DNA of 64,000 bases from the NCBI RefSeq assembly GCF_018977255.1, contig NW_024704748.1, positions 19,468,001 through 19,532,000 on the forward strand. The letters run 5' to 3'. The number at the start of each line of letters is the position of its first letter. Position 1 is the first letter of the stretch. The translations under genes were made by a program, and so were the position numbers. Below, piece by piece: positions 12,351 through 58,154 of the stretch. Source of the DNA: Callorhinchus milii. Lineage: Eukaryota. The notes below the pieces were generated by a model that was given only the letters and a program-made list of their open reading frames with translations, had not been told where the DNA came from and searched no databases.

Positions 12351-15300
12351 TGTCCCCGATGTATTCCTGAGTATTACCTAATTCCAGAGGGGAATATTCC
12401 CTTTTTTTAAAAAAAATAAATGCGGTCACTCAATCCACGGCTGTGTGTGTGTGTGTGGGGGACACTGCTGTAGCCTTTCGCCCACAAGGTGTTGCAGTCG
12501 ATTCACTGTGCGGCCATGTTCTGTGAAGCGCTTTTGAGACGTCGAGAAGACGCGTTCAGGTGCTACATCAAATGTAAGGCTTATTATTATTCTAGTTCCA
12601 GGAGCAAGTTGGCGAGAGTCCAGGTTTGGGGACTCCGAGTGTATATTGGGATACTGCTGGAGTTAAAATAATAATAATGATAATAATCCTTGTAATTTGA
12701 TATAGCGCTTTTCACGTCGGGAGGACGTCCCAAAGTGCTTCACAGAACACACTGTAAAGTGAATTGACTGTATATTTGTGGGCGAACGCGGCAGCCAATT
12801 GCGCACAGCAATGTCCCACAGTCAGTCGTAGATTGAAAATGACCAATTTATTATTGTTTTTGGTTTTGGAGGGATTATTATTAGGCTCTGTGTGGAGTAA
12901 GGAAACTTGCCCAAAGTTTCGCCCTGACCTGCCTGGAATTGAACCCAGGTCTCTCACTTGCAAAGCGAGTGCTCTAACCAATTAAAATCAAGTAAAACTA
13001 CAGTTTGCCATTGAAATCACCATCTGACAAGCTTCCTGTTTAATAATATATGATCAAATTCTTGTTTTGTGAAATAAAATTCCATGTGGTGAATCGATAA
13101 AGAGTAAACAAATGAGCATGTTACAGGATTTACTTATTACAATACCCTACTATAGAATAAACAATTATTTTCTTTTTGCTGTTCCATTCCTCAGTTGGTT
13201 ATTCAACCATTGCTATCAATCATGTGGCAGATCTGCAACAAAAAAGGCGGGTATGGAAACTTTATTAATATCTCTAACTTTGAATCTAAGATCATTATTT
13301 CAATTCTCAACAGATTTTGACCATTTTTTTTGTCATTTTTTTGCCAACTTTTTTCCAGGAAATTGACAAACCAATATCTGTAAAAGAACTTTTTACATCT
13401 CTGCCAATTGTGCAGGTAAGTACTCTAATGAGGTCTAACACAGTATGTGATTTTTAATTGTGCAATGTTTTAAGCAACTATTGGGGAGAAATTCCACTTG
13501 GTTCTATATTTACTCTGATTTTCTGAATTTCTCTGAATTAACCTTATGAAATATTTACATCCTAAAATTTCATTCCACATGTAAATCAAATGTATTAAAA
13601 AAAGTAAGCTCTTTCTTCATATATTTGAATTTGGTGTGATAATTATGGATTATCGTGGATGTCCTCCTCCATCAATATATCGGTGTTAAATGTCTGAAAA
13701 TTGTTGAAATAAAATCTGTCTAGCATTGTTTTAAGTTTTATGCAAAAATATTCTTTGCATAACATTGTTATTAGACATTATCAGACATTATCAATGTGAC
13801 ACAGCACAGTATCACATTAATAATGTCTGGAAAAAATACTTTAGAAAGAGTACCCATTGTCAGTACTGATTGCATGCTTAAAATACCAGAAAAAAATAAT
13901 TTACATACATCACACAGGTTCTTGTTTTTCATATTTGAAAGTGAATATTCTTCACACTTCACCTGCCCAACCAATCTGCCAGCATCTCATCATAAATTTC
14001 AAGAGTCCACTGTTGGTGGAAGAAAGTACATAAAGTGAGACTACTCTATCTTAGTGCAATTACACTATTGTTGATGCCAGATTTGAGGATTTAGCTAACC
14101 TCTGAGAAATCAGTTTATCATAATCCTAAACTTGGTTACCAAATAAAAGCTAATTAGTCTGGGTAAGTTGTTTTTTTAATGTGACTGCTCCTTCCAAATT
14201 CTTAACACCTGGAGAATTGTTCAAATTACATTGTTGCTTTCTGAGAATAAAAGAATAATGAATGGAGTTGAGCATACTTATTTTTGACCTTTAGTAATTC
14301 AGTATTCCCATTGTAAATGGACTGTCAAAATGTACTTTAGGGTGCTAGTTTCTCTGTAGCAACAGCTAAAAGGTTACGAATAATTTGAACCAATCAAGCG
14401 TAAATGCTTTTTGTTTGATCTCACAACTCCACTTTGACATAATTATTTCAAGAATTACAGCAGAGACAAAAGTGATTTCAATCTAAAGTAAAGTTTACAG
14501 TAAAAGTTAAAATATATAATAGAAAAAAATGTTTTTTTAATCTCGCTTAGGGTACATCAAAACCAATTAAAATAGTGACAAGACTTACGGTGATTGTCTC
14601 TGAAGCAGCTCACTGCAATGACCTGGTAAGTATTATACATAACATGTATTCTAGGCAGGGCGAAACCTTGGGCAAGTTTCCTTACACCACATGCCTAATA
14701 ATAATCCCAACAAAACAATAATAAATTGGTCATTTTCAATCCACAACTGTTTGTGGGATACTACTGTGCGCAATTGGCTGCCGCATTTCGCCCACAAATA
14801 TTCAGTCATTTTACTTTACAGCATTTTCTGTGAAATGCTTTGAGACGTCACGAAGACATGATTAGGCGCTATATCAAATACAAGAATTATTATAACTACA
14901 GTTTTAGCAATTGGATTAAAGTCTTTTTTATTCCACCTATTATTTGATGAATGATTATTTGAATGTGTATTGAAAACAGATTTTGATGCTTATTTAGGAA
15001 CTCGGTATCTTTTACGGGAATAACCCGATATTTGTAACAATTGTGTTATATATAAAGGAGGGATGTTGCTATAAAGGATGGATGCATTTATAAATCATAT
15101 TTAAGTAAAGAAAAAGATAGACAATTGAAATTTAATTATTACATTGCAGAGAACCACCTCTAAACATGCAAGATTATATGACATTATGGCTGTATTACCC
15201 AAAACAGAAAAACTGTTTCATGTAAGTAAATTTGTATATTTTAGAAACCGTGCTGAACAGAATACTCGTTGTTAGTACTGGACAAATAAGACCACTAAAA

Positions 15301-18300
15301 GTCCAGGATTTGCAACTTATGTGTGTGAGCAACATTTTTAAAAAAAAGTTTATGCAGTATCCTGGATCGATTTTCTAAACTCTGTAAAATACACTCAAGT
15401 ATGTGCATTTGTAGAAAATCTGATAATTTTTTAACTGCAATTTGCAATTGCATAAGCTTGTTTTCTAAAAGGCAGTTGTATTAATTTGGGATACGCTATA
15501 TGAATGAATGTTTTAGTGCCATGCCCAACATATGCCACACCAGGTGATTGTAGATCATGCAAATGTTTGCAGATTCTGCATTGTTTTGTGTAGTTATAGT
15601 TGTTTGGGGGAAATGAAGATGACCAATGCTTTGCGAATAGTGTCATTATTTGGAGCTGTGATACAATATACTGAAAGCTGAGCTTCAGGGTATTAGCAGA
15701 ATTGCCAAAATAATAATTCTTTAAATAAATATAAATTATGTGTCCAGAACATTGAATTTTTTAATACACTTTTTCTTAACAGATAGCTTCCATGACATTA
15801 GATATTGACTTAATTTGTATTCATGTGACCGAAAAACAGCCATACCATTTCAAACGACCTTCTATTAATGCGGTAAGAGCTACAGTATATTTTGATTCCA
15901 AAATAATTTTTTATGGTATAATCATATAATAGTATAATTTCTTCACTATAAGGGTTGTTAGGCTTTGACATTCATTACCACAAATGGCTACTGAAGTTAT
16001 ATTAAGGTATATGGTGATTTTTGTGCTGAAATTTTCAGAATATATAATTTATATTGAGAAACAAAAAGGACTGAATGCAGAACGTAAAAAGATGTGATGT
16101 TTTCAATTGGAATGGATTTACAAATAAGGCTTTTGGGAATAAATTGCACCTGAGTCTAGATTTGGTAGCATGTCAGAACACTACATAAATGGAGTAAATC
16201 TTGACCCAGTTTATCCCCATAAATTTCTTTTTATCTAGTGTAATTGAGTACTTCTATTATTCCGATTATTTAGTTAAATGCAGCACAGAATCAAGTCAAT
16301 TGAAAGACACGATTACGAATATGTTTTAAAATATCCATCAACAAAATTGGAGAAAATGGGAAGAATGTAGAAAGGTTTTTTTAAAAAAAAACTTTAATTC
16401 TGTCTCTCTTGTAACATTTTTAGAATCTGCCTCTGACCTAGCATGGATGTGAAATGAGGTGGAAATTTGTATCCCAGTTTTAACTGATATACAGTTGGAC
16501 TGATATTTTGCTCATATTTGCTCTGGAAGGCGAATTGCAAATGTGTACCAAGTTTTTTGCCATAGACTAATCTAGTTTTTAAATAATTTAACTGTTCTCT
16601 ATTGCGGGAGGAAATCCCAGATTATAGACAAGTGTCATCAAAAAGTGAGCTGGATGGAGAAACTACAGGAAATTCCTTTAGAGGGCGCCATTGGTGCAGA
16701 AAATACTGTAACCAAATTCTCTATTATTTATAATAATGATTTACATTCACTTTTAAATTTACATCTCTGCAAACATTTATTTACTTTCTTGCATTTCATA
16801 AGTGAAGACCCGTGAGAAATGTTAAACTTAATATATGATAACATGAGTATTTGAAGGGCTCTTATTAGACAACTCCATAGGATTACAGCACTATAAGAGA
16901 ATTTGTGCTAAAACAGGAGATATTTTAATGCAGTTGTCTTGTACACATTCAGTCCTGTTGTTTCAACATTACAGCCTTTTTTATTCATTGTTTGTCCAGT
17001 AAGATGAGTACAAACATAATGAAAGTTTAAAAATTGTTTAAAGGTTTCCAATTCTTTTCAATATAAACTGCCACTTTCATGTCATTATGCAACAAGTAAC
17101 TTTGCTTTCTTGGCTTGTTGGGTTTGCTATAAAATTTGTAATTCAGCATAAAAGTAGATTGTGTGCATTTTCTCAATCCAGCATCAAAATGCATGCTGTT
17201 ATTCTTGCGGAATGAAAGTTTAACATCTGTAGCTGCATTTATCCTTATCTTAACCCTCTTTTAATACAATTTGCTTTGATGCAAATGAGATTTGTATCTT
17301 ACCTTAAGTTAATATAAAATTGGTCAGCAATAACTTAATATTTTCTTACATTGTTTTAGGCTATTGACAGAGGAATTTACTTTGAACTTGCGTATTCTCC
17401 TGCAATAAAGGATTCCACAATGAGAAGGTATACCATTTCAAATGCACTCAGCCTGATGCAAATTTGTAAAGGAAAGGTGAGCGCAAGAATTCATGATACT
17501 GCAAATTTATGTACTGAATCTATCCCAGGGAATTATACAATTACGCATCTGTGAATGTGCACAGAATGCTTTTCACTTTGCATAGGCACATAATATCATA
17601 TAACTTGGCCGAACTGCCTCATAACCACCCGTAAGAGGTATGAGCTGCCTCCAGAGGCAGCATAGAGAGTGACAAGAAGAGAACAGGGGGCATGGTTCCT
17701 AGATAAATATAAAAATGTGCGACATAAATATAAATAATTATGCTATATAATCCAAAATTCATGAAAACTGCCCGCCATATCTTTCTAAAGAAGCTACAAT
17801 AGTTTTATCCTATATTTAAATTGTTTTTTTTTTAAAAATGCTTTTTAACTTGCAGATGAAGCATCATTTTTTGTTTTCATAATTTCCATTTTTTGCTTAT
17901 ATGTTTTTATTTTTTTGGTGTATAATTCCCTGGGGTTTAACTGAAGTTTCTTACATTGGTTTTGAGATGAATGTTTAACATTATGTAAGTTTGTAGTAAG
18001 ATGCTGAAGTTTGTTGATACTAAAATCAATACAATAGTGTAATTCTGTTCTGAAATGCATGCCGTACATCAAAACTGATGCCATAAACTCAAAACAATAG
18101 TGGAAGTTTGTAAAATGTACAGGATTATTTTTCTAAAAAAAACTGGTTCATTTCTTCAGTCTTAAAGTCAAAACAATCATGGCATGTTTAAATTTTTAAC
18201 AATTTAATGTTTTTGTTTGTGTTCCTTTAGAATGTAATCATGTCGAGTGCGGCAGAAAGGGTAAGACTTTTATTAATGTAGTCCAATATATGTTTTCAAT

Positions 18301-20413
18301 TGTTTATTTTGAGCATTACAATTCAACTTTACTTGTAATAACTTCTATCCCTGTGGATCTGTGATAATTTGTAATTTGGGATAATTTGTAATCCTATTTG
18401 GGATAGCCGATTGCAACTGAATAAACTAGGTAATTTTTGAAATGCATCCGTAAACTATATTCAAAGTAGAAAATATTTATTATAAGTAATTGAAGTCAAT
18501 GGTAAGCTAGTGCTGAATTTATAAATAAATAAATTATTATTGGTATTTGAAAACCGTGGGAGAAGTATAATGTAGTGATGCAATGTATGATCACTGTTTC
18601 AATCTAATATGGTATTTATATTGCTTAACTTATGGTAAATGTTTGTATATTAAAGTAACATTTCAATCTCCTATGAGAGCCAATGTAATAGCAGTGAAAA
18701 TTGGAAACCTGGGGGCGTGGGTGGTCAAATCCAATGCAGATTATGTGTATCGGATCCAGGTAGATCCAGACAGTTGTGTCTTTGCTGTAGGAAAAAAAAG
18801 TATAATAGAATGTACAAATAAATGTATTTTTTTCTCTCTGTAGCCTATGGAACTAAGAGGACCTTATGATCTTGCTAATCTGTATCCTTGCCCAAAATAT
18901 TTGATGCAAACTAGTTTCAAATGAACTAAAATTTATTTTTAAATGCTTTATCTGTGATTTACCTTTTTAAGAAAATGAAAATTTATGCAGCATTGAATGA
19001 AGGAGAAGACGTGGGTCTCTTTTATTAATGGTTCAAAATATTATCCTCTAGCTGTACAAAATGTGGAGGGAATATTCATCGAACAGATTGTTAAATATCG
19101 TAACCAAGTGTAATTTTGGTCACTCCGCCACCCCCCCCACTCTCACCTTTACAACTCAATCATGGTAAAAGCTATTTACACAAATAAGGAGCCCTCTGTA
19201 GGTTTACTGTTCAAGTCCTTGACTGAGATGTTACAAGTGGTCTACTTTTGGGGCTTTCTGAAGGAGATGCCAAAGCTGCTGTGTCAACCAACTGCAGAGC
19301 AGCACTTCTGCATGGAGGTAAGCAATACAATTTAGAAACCAAAGCAGCTTGCTTAGGATTTGACAGTTTTAACATTTTGCACTTATATAGCATCCTCCAT
19401 GCAAGGAAGCGTCTCACAGTGGCAGAGCCTGACTCCGAGCAGTGGGAGTAAGCACAGTTGAAGAGGAAGAGGAAAGTCTTCAGGTGGCACTCGAAAGAGA
19501 GGAGAGAGGGGCAAGGCAGAGGGATTGAGGGAGAGTGTTCTGGAGGTGCGGGACGTAGTAGCTGAAAGCGTGACCTCCGATGGTGGAGTGGAGGGTGCGA
19601 GGGACGAGCAGGAGGCCGGTACCAGTCGAGGTGGGGTTTGGGGAGTGAGGAGGTCGGAGAGGTGTCAAGAGAGTGAAGGGATTTGAACACGAGTGTGAGG
19701 ATCTTCAAGTCGGAACAAAAGTGATCAAGAAAATGGAATCAAATCCAGTTTAGAAATTCGAAAGGAACTAATATATTCCAGGTGTTACAATTTTTTTAAA
19801 GGGAGGATTCAATTGTGAAAGATGATAAATTATAGTCTATGTATTTAGAAACAAAATAGAAGGCTGTATTGCTCTAATATGTGAGACCACCTCTGCAATT
19901 CTTCACAATTAGTTCAAGTCTACCTTCCGGGATTGATAACGAGGGATTCTAATCAATATGAAGCTGTCAACAAAGCCTGTGTAACCAAGTGCTTCTCAAC
20001 AGCATAATAGTGGAACAAATTAGACTCTTAAAACCTCTCCAATCCTAGCAAATATGCAAGCATTTTACATTCAACTAAACTAAAACTAAACCATTAAAAA
20101 GTCCCAGCTTCAACAAAACACCAAAAATATTGTTTTTGGATTTTAGCGTTGAGACTTTTTTTCACAAAGTACATCGAGCTTAAGGTATACCTGATTGTGA
20201 TTTTTTCAAATCAATTATTTTTACATACGGTTAAAACTTCATGCATTTCTTGTGCTATTTTTGATTTAAATACCAAACATAAATGTTTCTATCACTTCAG
20301 AAACCAGAAAGACTGCCCTGGGTGTGATCTACACAATGCAGAAAGCTCAAACAAATGAAGACCAGGAAGAAGGGAGACCTTTGTGCAAGCGAGCCAAAAC
20401 CCAAGATGACTGA
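12146..20413 (+). CDS. RPP30: Ribonuclease P/MRP protein subunit p30
   Basis: Exons 12146-12227, 13195-13250, 13359-13415, 14551-14625, 15150-15221, 15783-15872, 17360-17476, 18231-18260, 18844-18881, 19238-19317, 20301-20413 = 810 nt, 269 aa. MAPFVDLN...LGYSTIAINH...AIDRGIYFELAYSPAIKDSTMRRYTISNA...LRGPYDLANLGLLLGLSEGDAKAAVSTNCRAALLHGETRKTA matches RPP30. Confidence 0.96.
12668..12981 (-). mobile_element. Young tRNA-derived SINE in RPP30 intron 1
   Basis: Nearly identical to the copy at 10581-10897. Confidence 0.92.
14653..14893 (+). mobile_element. 5'-truncated SINE
   Basis: Starts at ggcagggcgaaaccttgggcaag; family tail present. Confidence 0.85.
18882..19237 (+). other. U12-type (minor spliceosome) GT-AG intron of RPP30
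   Basis: Donor GTATCCTT at 18882; U12 branch point TCCTTGAC at 19216-19223, 12 nt before a pyrimidine-poor AG; reading frame is kept across the junction. Confidence 0.9.
19372..19710 (-). mobile_element. L2-type LINE 3' fragment
   Basis: Minus translation KILTLVFKSLHSL...IGGHAFSYYVPHLQNTLP resembles the L2 ORF2 C-terminus; similar to 36200-36600. Confidence 0.75.
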
Positions 20414-20479
20414 GAATAGGAAACACATTTTTATTGATAATTTGATGTAAATTCAGAAAAGTACTGTACACATTTCATA

Positions 20480-20620
20480 AATAAATGTGAATGCAAATAT
20501 TATTGATGAAACAACTTCAGTAATTCTGGTTTCATTTACTGCAAAGATTGATAAATGAAGAATTTGTTTTTAAAACATTGAATTTAATTTGTGCAAACGT
20601 ATCATGTTTTACAGAATAAA
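20480..20620 (+). terminator. Candidate RPP30 polyadenylation signals
   Basis: AATAAA at 20480-20485 and 20615-20620, downstream of the stop at 20413. Confidence 0.5.
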
Positions 20621-21709
20621 TACAGAATTGATCATTTATAACTAAATGCATATGATTAAACGCAATGATTAACATTCCTGACCAGTTGGGTCGGTTTGAA
20701 TTTGAAATTCTTTATTATTGGATTTCTTCTCCAGCTTGAATTGTTAGCTCCAGCAAGAATGTCTGTTCTAGTTTGTGGGGTTTTGGAAACCCAAAATTGC
20801 AAGTACTAACTATCCCAATACAAATTCCCCAACTCTTTGTGTTCTAAGCAATCACCAAAGTGAAATTGGTGAGACATCTGTCCTATCTACAATTTTCTGC
20901 TTTCCAATTATTCAATGCTGTAATCAAATAAAAAAAATAACTAAACCTCAGGAACAAGCCCCCCCCATTGTAAAAGGAGCCTTGATCTTTATTTAATTGC
21001 AGATAAATAATAGAATACAATAATTAGGTGTACAAAATTTACAAATTTAAAAATTACATTATAAATATACAAATTTTACATTGTGATAATCAGTTGATTC
21101 TACTTTGGGCTCATATTTTAGGATTAATGACTCAACATACAGTACCTACCCATACCTTCAGTTCTTTCAACATTTCCATTTTAAATCCATCAGTCTTTAT
21201 AATTGAATGCTTATACTTGTACCTCCAGCACAATATACACAGAAAGGAATGATTACAAACAGATTTTGATGTGTTTTTACTAATTAACCAAAGTAAAGTA
21301 GAACTTATAATTTTTTTTGTTTGTATCCCTCCTAGATATTGTTTGTCCCCAAAATCTCATCCTTGCTCCAACTTTCAACTTGATGTCCCAGCGCTATTCA
21401 TTTAAACATACAGATTTCCAGAGTAAATCTTGTCATTGACAATCAAAGAGTCAATAAGGACCATAATGTCCATTAAAACAATCTCAGCTTTCCAGTTCTC
21501 ACAGTCCTTTTCATTATGTTGCTTAAAAAAGCCATTAATCCAAGCGATTGCAATACATTATTACATTTTCACATCTCAGTTTTGAAGAAAATTCTAATGA
21601 AGCACACATGCTGTGCCAGTGTCAATGTTCTTACAAATTGTTACATCAGGAGAACGCGCCTGGCATCCTTTGGTGATTGATTATTTTCTCTTTGCTGTTG
21701 CAGGAAATG

Positions 21710-25487
<3,778 letters not shown>

Positions 25488-25579
25488 GTTGTCGGTGCTT
25501 TGTTACCGTGTTAGTCCTCCTTGTTCACAGCTGAACTCCCCAAACAGTCAACTCAACTTCTGATGAGACACAACTTCAA

Positions 25580-25690
25580 CGCGTCTTATATGTAACTGCT
25601 CCAACTGCATGAGGTCATGTTCCAACCTGGGCGCTCGTCCATGGCTGGGTCAGCGAGAGCTTCCTTGTCATTCCGGGCATATTGGTAGGC
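25580..25690 (-). promoter_or_regulatory. ANKRD1 proximal promoter
   Basis: TATA-like CATATAA on minus at about 25586-25592, MCAT CATTCC at 25669-25674, CCAAT on minus at 25681-25685, 100-200 nt upstream of the ATG. Confidence 0.6.
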
Positions 25691-27389
25691 GTGATCTCAT
25701 GCCACGAGATCTTTTTAAACAAGGACGAAAGGCGCCTCTGGTCAGACAAAACTACATATATGAAACATTTGAAATCCGACCCATGTGCTATTAGGACTGA
25801 CTGAATAGGCCAACTATGCTAATCATGTTGCCACCTCACGTTTTGCATGACAGCTGTCTTCCTGGATTCCACAAGGTTTATTTTTTTCTACCCCTCACAG
25901 GACTTCGGAGAAACAAGAGCATGTCAAATGCACTAACTCTGCAATGTACCTTGAGCAACAAACCCAAACAGGGCATCGATTGGATGTCAGTTTACGTTTC
26001 TGTTTTAATTATAAGAGTGTTGTGAGACTGGGGCGACCAAGAAGAGGACGTTTCAACGTTTGAGGACAAATTGTATTGGTCAAGCGACGAAATTTGTGGA
26101 TGACTTCATCTGTATTCGTTTGATCTCTGATGATGAAACCGTTTCTGATTTCAGTGCCATTCCAATAGTGCTGCCGGTACATGATGTAGTCATAGCCAGT
26201 TGGGTCATAATGTTGGGAACTATTGATCAGAAGGTAAGAGCATCAGCACTTCGGTATTCACCTTGAAAAGATAACCATACATGGAGTATGCACTGTGACT
26301 TTACTAAAGCAAGTTCCGGTAAACAGCACAATACAAACATCGCGTAAAAATATAATAATCAATAATAATAATAATATCTCCAGTGATGATGTTTCGCAGC
26401 TCCTCGGGTAGACTATTCGTGAAAGATAAACCAGACCTCGTTTTACATACATTTCACAAGATCATTTGTCCATCATTTTCTCTTGTAATCAGCAATTGAA
26501 CTTGAAGCCCCCCCCCCCCCCCCCGTGCCAACACATTCCGGTGCTTTTTATCGCACAATAAATTCTTTTTTTTTGGTATTTTTCATTCGCGCATCAAAAT
26601 CATATTTCCCAATTGATCGCCTATACTTTCTTCTCGCACACTTTTTTTTCCCCTTTCCTGTTGAAGATGAGGTTGTCGGTCGGCGTGACTCCGCTGATGG
26701 ATAACTAATGCTAATATCGGAAAGATTAAATGTATGACGATGGACAGCTTTAACCAACATTGTGACCCTCGAATAAATGCTAATATTCCAACACTCTAAT
26801 AAATGCAACCCTTTAATACTCGGTTTCACTGCTCTGATTCCACCTTGACCTTCTGCAGAGTAATAACTGACTTCATTCAGGGTTGTGAACTGGGATTTAA
26901 ATGGATTTCAACAGATATACAGACAAGTAACACATCACTGGTAATGACACAGTATTCAACATGAAAAACAAACCAAAAATGTGCATGTATTCAAAATTAC
27001 CTGGACTTCTTATTGGTTATTTAGTGGACAAGATTTCGCGTTGGAAGTTGTTTAAATTAGAGAGGTGAAATACGAGGTGGTGTTTCTAATAATATTTACT
27101 CTGGCAGCGCGGAACAGCTTCCATATCCCAACTAATCTAAACGTGATATCTTCATGATGTAATTTATAATGTGTTTCAGCTATAAAAGACATGACACGCC
27201 TTATACACAGTATTTGTTCCCATGTGGATATTTTTAATATACATATTGACAAATGTTGAAATAGAAATAAACAGTTCGTGATACAACCATAACTTGCAGC
27301 TGTTTATTTCTACTAAGAATAAAACGTTTCAGTCTCTGGATCTGTGAAACATACATTAAATTTGAACAGCTGTACTTAAGAAAATGAAG

Positions 27390-28340
27390 GGATTTGGGTG
27401 GAGAGGGAGAGTGGGGGGATTTGGGTGGAGAGGGAGAGTGGGGGGGGGGAGGTGTGGGGTGGGGGGAGGGGGTGAGAGAGGGGAAGGGGAGAGAGAGAGA
27501 GAGAGGGAGGGGGTAGTGGGTGGGAGAGGAGGGGTTTGCAANNNNNNNNNNNNNNNNNNNNNNNNNNNNNNNNNNNNNNNNNNNNNNNNNNNNNNNNNNN
27601 NNNNNNNNNNNNNNNNNNNNNNNNNNNNNNNNNNNNNNNNNNNNNNNNNNNNNNNNNNNNNNNNNNNNNNNNNNNNNNNNNNNNNNNNNNNNNNNNGGAG
27701 AAGGGGAGGGGGGGGGGAAGCAACAAAAAAAAAAGACCAAATTGCACTTAGTTTCTGTGTTGCTGGCTCAGCCTACTTTCAGCAGCGATCCCACAGATAA
27801 TTTACTGCGTAGTGTGTCAGCTGATTGTGTTTAAGGCACAGTATTTGCTGGGACTGTCGAACTCAAATAGGAAACCGCTTTCTCTCCTTCTTCTTCTTCT
27901 TCTTCTTCTTCTTCTCCTCCTCCTCCTCCTGTAAGTGTGCAGTTGCGTTCCGTGTATAATCAGACAACACACACACACACACACAGCACTCACACCACAC
28001 ACCTGTGCCCACCCCCCCCGCACCCACCCACCCACCACCAAACACACACACACACATCGTGTGCATTGCAGAGCAGAACAGCAAGTGAAACTGACAGACA
28101 CACACACACAGAGCTCCACGTGTTCGCCTTTCACCATTTGATGATGAATTCCTGTTCAGGGAGGGAGGGGGTGGAGGTTTTTTTTGGGGGGGGGGGGTTG
28201 GAGAAGAACACGCCTGCGAAATCGAAAGCTGATCATTGCCAAGCGTTGCGATACGGCCTACTTTACCCCCCCCCCCCCCCCTCTCCTCCTTTCCTTCCCC
28301 CCTCCCCCCCCCCCATCACCACCCATCCCATCCCACCCCA
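27390..28340 (+). promoter_or_regulatory. Probable PCGF5 promoter and non-coding first exon, low-complexity, containing an assembly gap
   Basis: G-rich and (GA)n runs, N gap 27542-27696, (CTT)n(CCT)n 27887-27930 followed by donor GTAAGT at 27931, then (CA)n and C-runs; lies about 1.7 kb upstream of the ATG-containing exon (acceptor before 29603). Confidence 0.5.
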
Positions 28341-29658
28341 TCCCATCCTCGCCAACACAGAAGGATTTTTTAAACACTCGTTGCGTGATGATGGCCACAA
28401 AAGTAGCAGCTCGTGTCAGGGACGTGGGCAGTGGAAGTTGTGGGATAGTGCAGGTTATATGAACAGGCATTTTGCGAGGATTCATTACTGTAAAATCCAC
28501 CTGTCTCTCTCTCTCTCTGTCTGTCTGTCTGTCTCTGCACAGGGATTTCCAGTTTAGTTTGCAAATTGATTCATCTCGTAAATTCTGAAACCCCCCCCCC
28601 CCCAACACCACCCCTCTCCCCATGAGAACCGTTTCAGAAACGTTTGCTTCCAAACATCCAATCTCTGAAACTAAACCATCAATTGTTTTACACTCATTTT
28701 ATGAGCATACCGTTAGGACTTTCTACGTGTTAAGAGTAATGACTGTGATGTTTCCATGTGCTCGTCAAACCAGAGTGTGAAATGATCGGTTATGCAATCG
28801 TTCAAACCGGTGTGGCTAACTATTTTAAAGAAATATTTTAAATGGAACTAAATTACGAAAAGCACGTTAGAATAAATGCTGTTGTGAGAAACTTTTTCAG
28901 ATGGCCCAAAATGGCTTTGATAACGTGATGTCTTTGCTTTGCTGTTGTGGCTATGATAAGGATTGAACCTGCCTAAAATTTCCCCAGAGAGTGGACTTCT
29001 CTTTCAAGTTATTTTGACTGCATAATTTAATTTCATCGTGTTTCACAGACTATTTCTGGAAAACATGTGCTTTCCCCAAACAATATTTGATGTTACTTCA
29101 AAGTGAATTGCAAAAACAAAACCGAGATTCATGAAAATAGTTCAATTCTAAAGTTAGGACCATGTGCTATAAACCATGTGTGTAAGAGACGGAATCATAG
29201 AAAAAAAACTATTTTGAGTCTGGCTCTTGACAGTTTCTTATAAATATACAACATCGCTTTACAATTAGGGAAAATGATCAACAACGTTTTAATGCGCTGA
29301 GGAATTTGGTAAAGCCAATTGCTGAAATAGTCACTCGAGTGTGTGAAAGATGCTCCGCACTTCGGGGCTCATTCTTGTCATTAGTTCAGTAGATTATAAA
29401 TAGTTATAAAAGTTTTATTTTGAGATACTATTTTATGTTTAAAATTATAGTTATAACAGGAACGGTTAAAATTCCAAATGAGCATTTTGAGTGATTATTC
29501 CAAGGATTTTATTTTATTTTATTCCCAGGCAATCATAGCATTGTTATTTTTTCAACCAAGATCTGTTGTACTGTTAATACTTATGTCTTGTTAATGCTAC
29601 AGGTTTGCGACATTTTGTACAACGCAGAGGAACAGGAAACGATAACCATGACCCTTGA

Positions 29659-58154
<28,496 letters not shown>

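Noticed and set aside
10622-12985. Repeated small ORFs (HKYTVNSL..., PGIEPRSL...) resembling a gene family
   Set aside because: All are translations of SINE copies.
27234-28653. ORFs spanning the N gap and microsatellites
   Set aside because: Artefacts of Ns and simple repeats.
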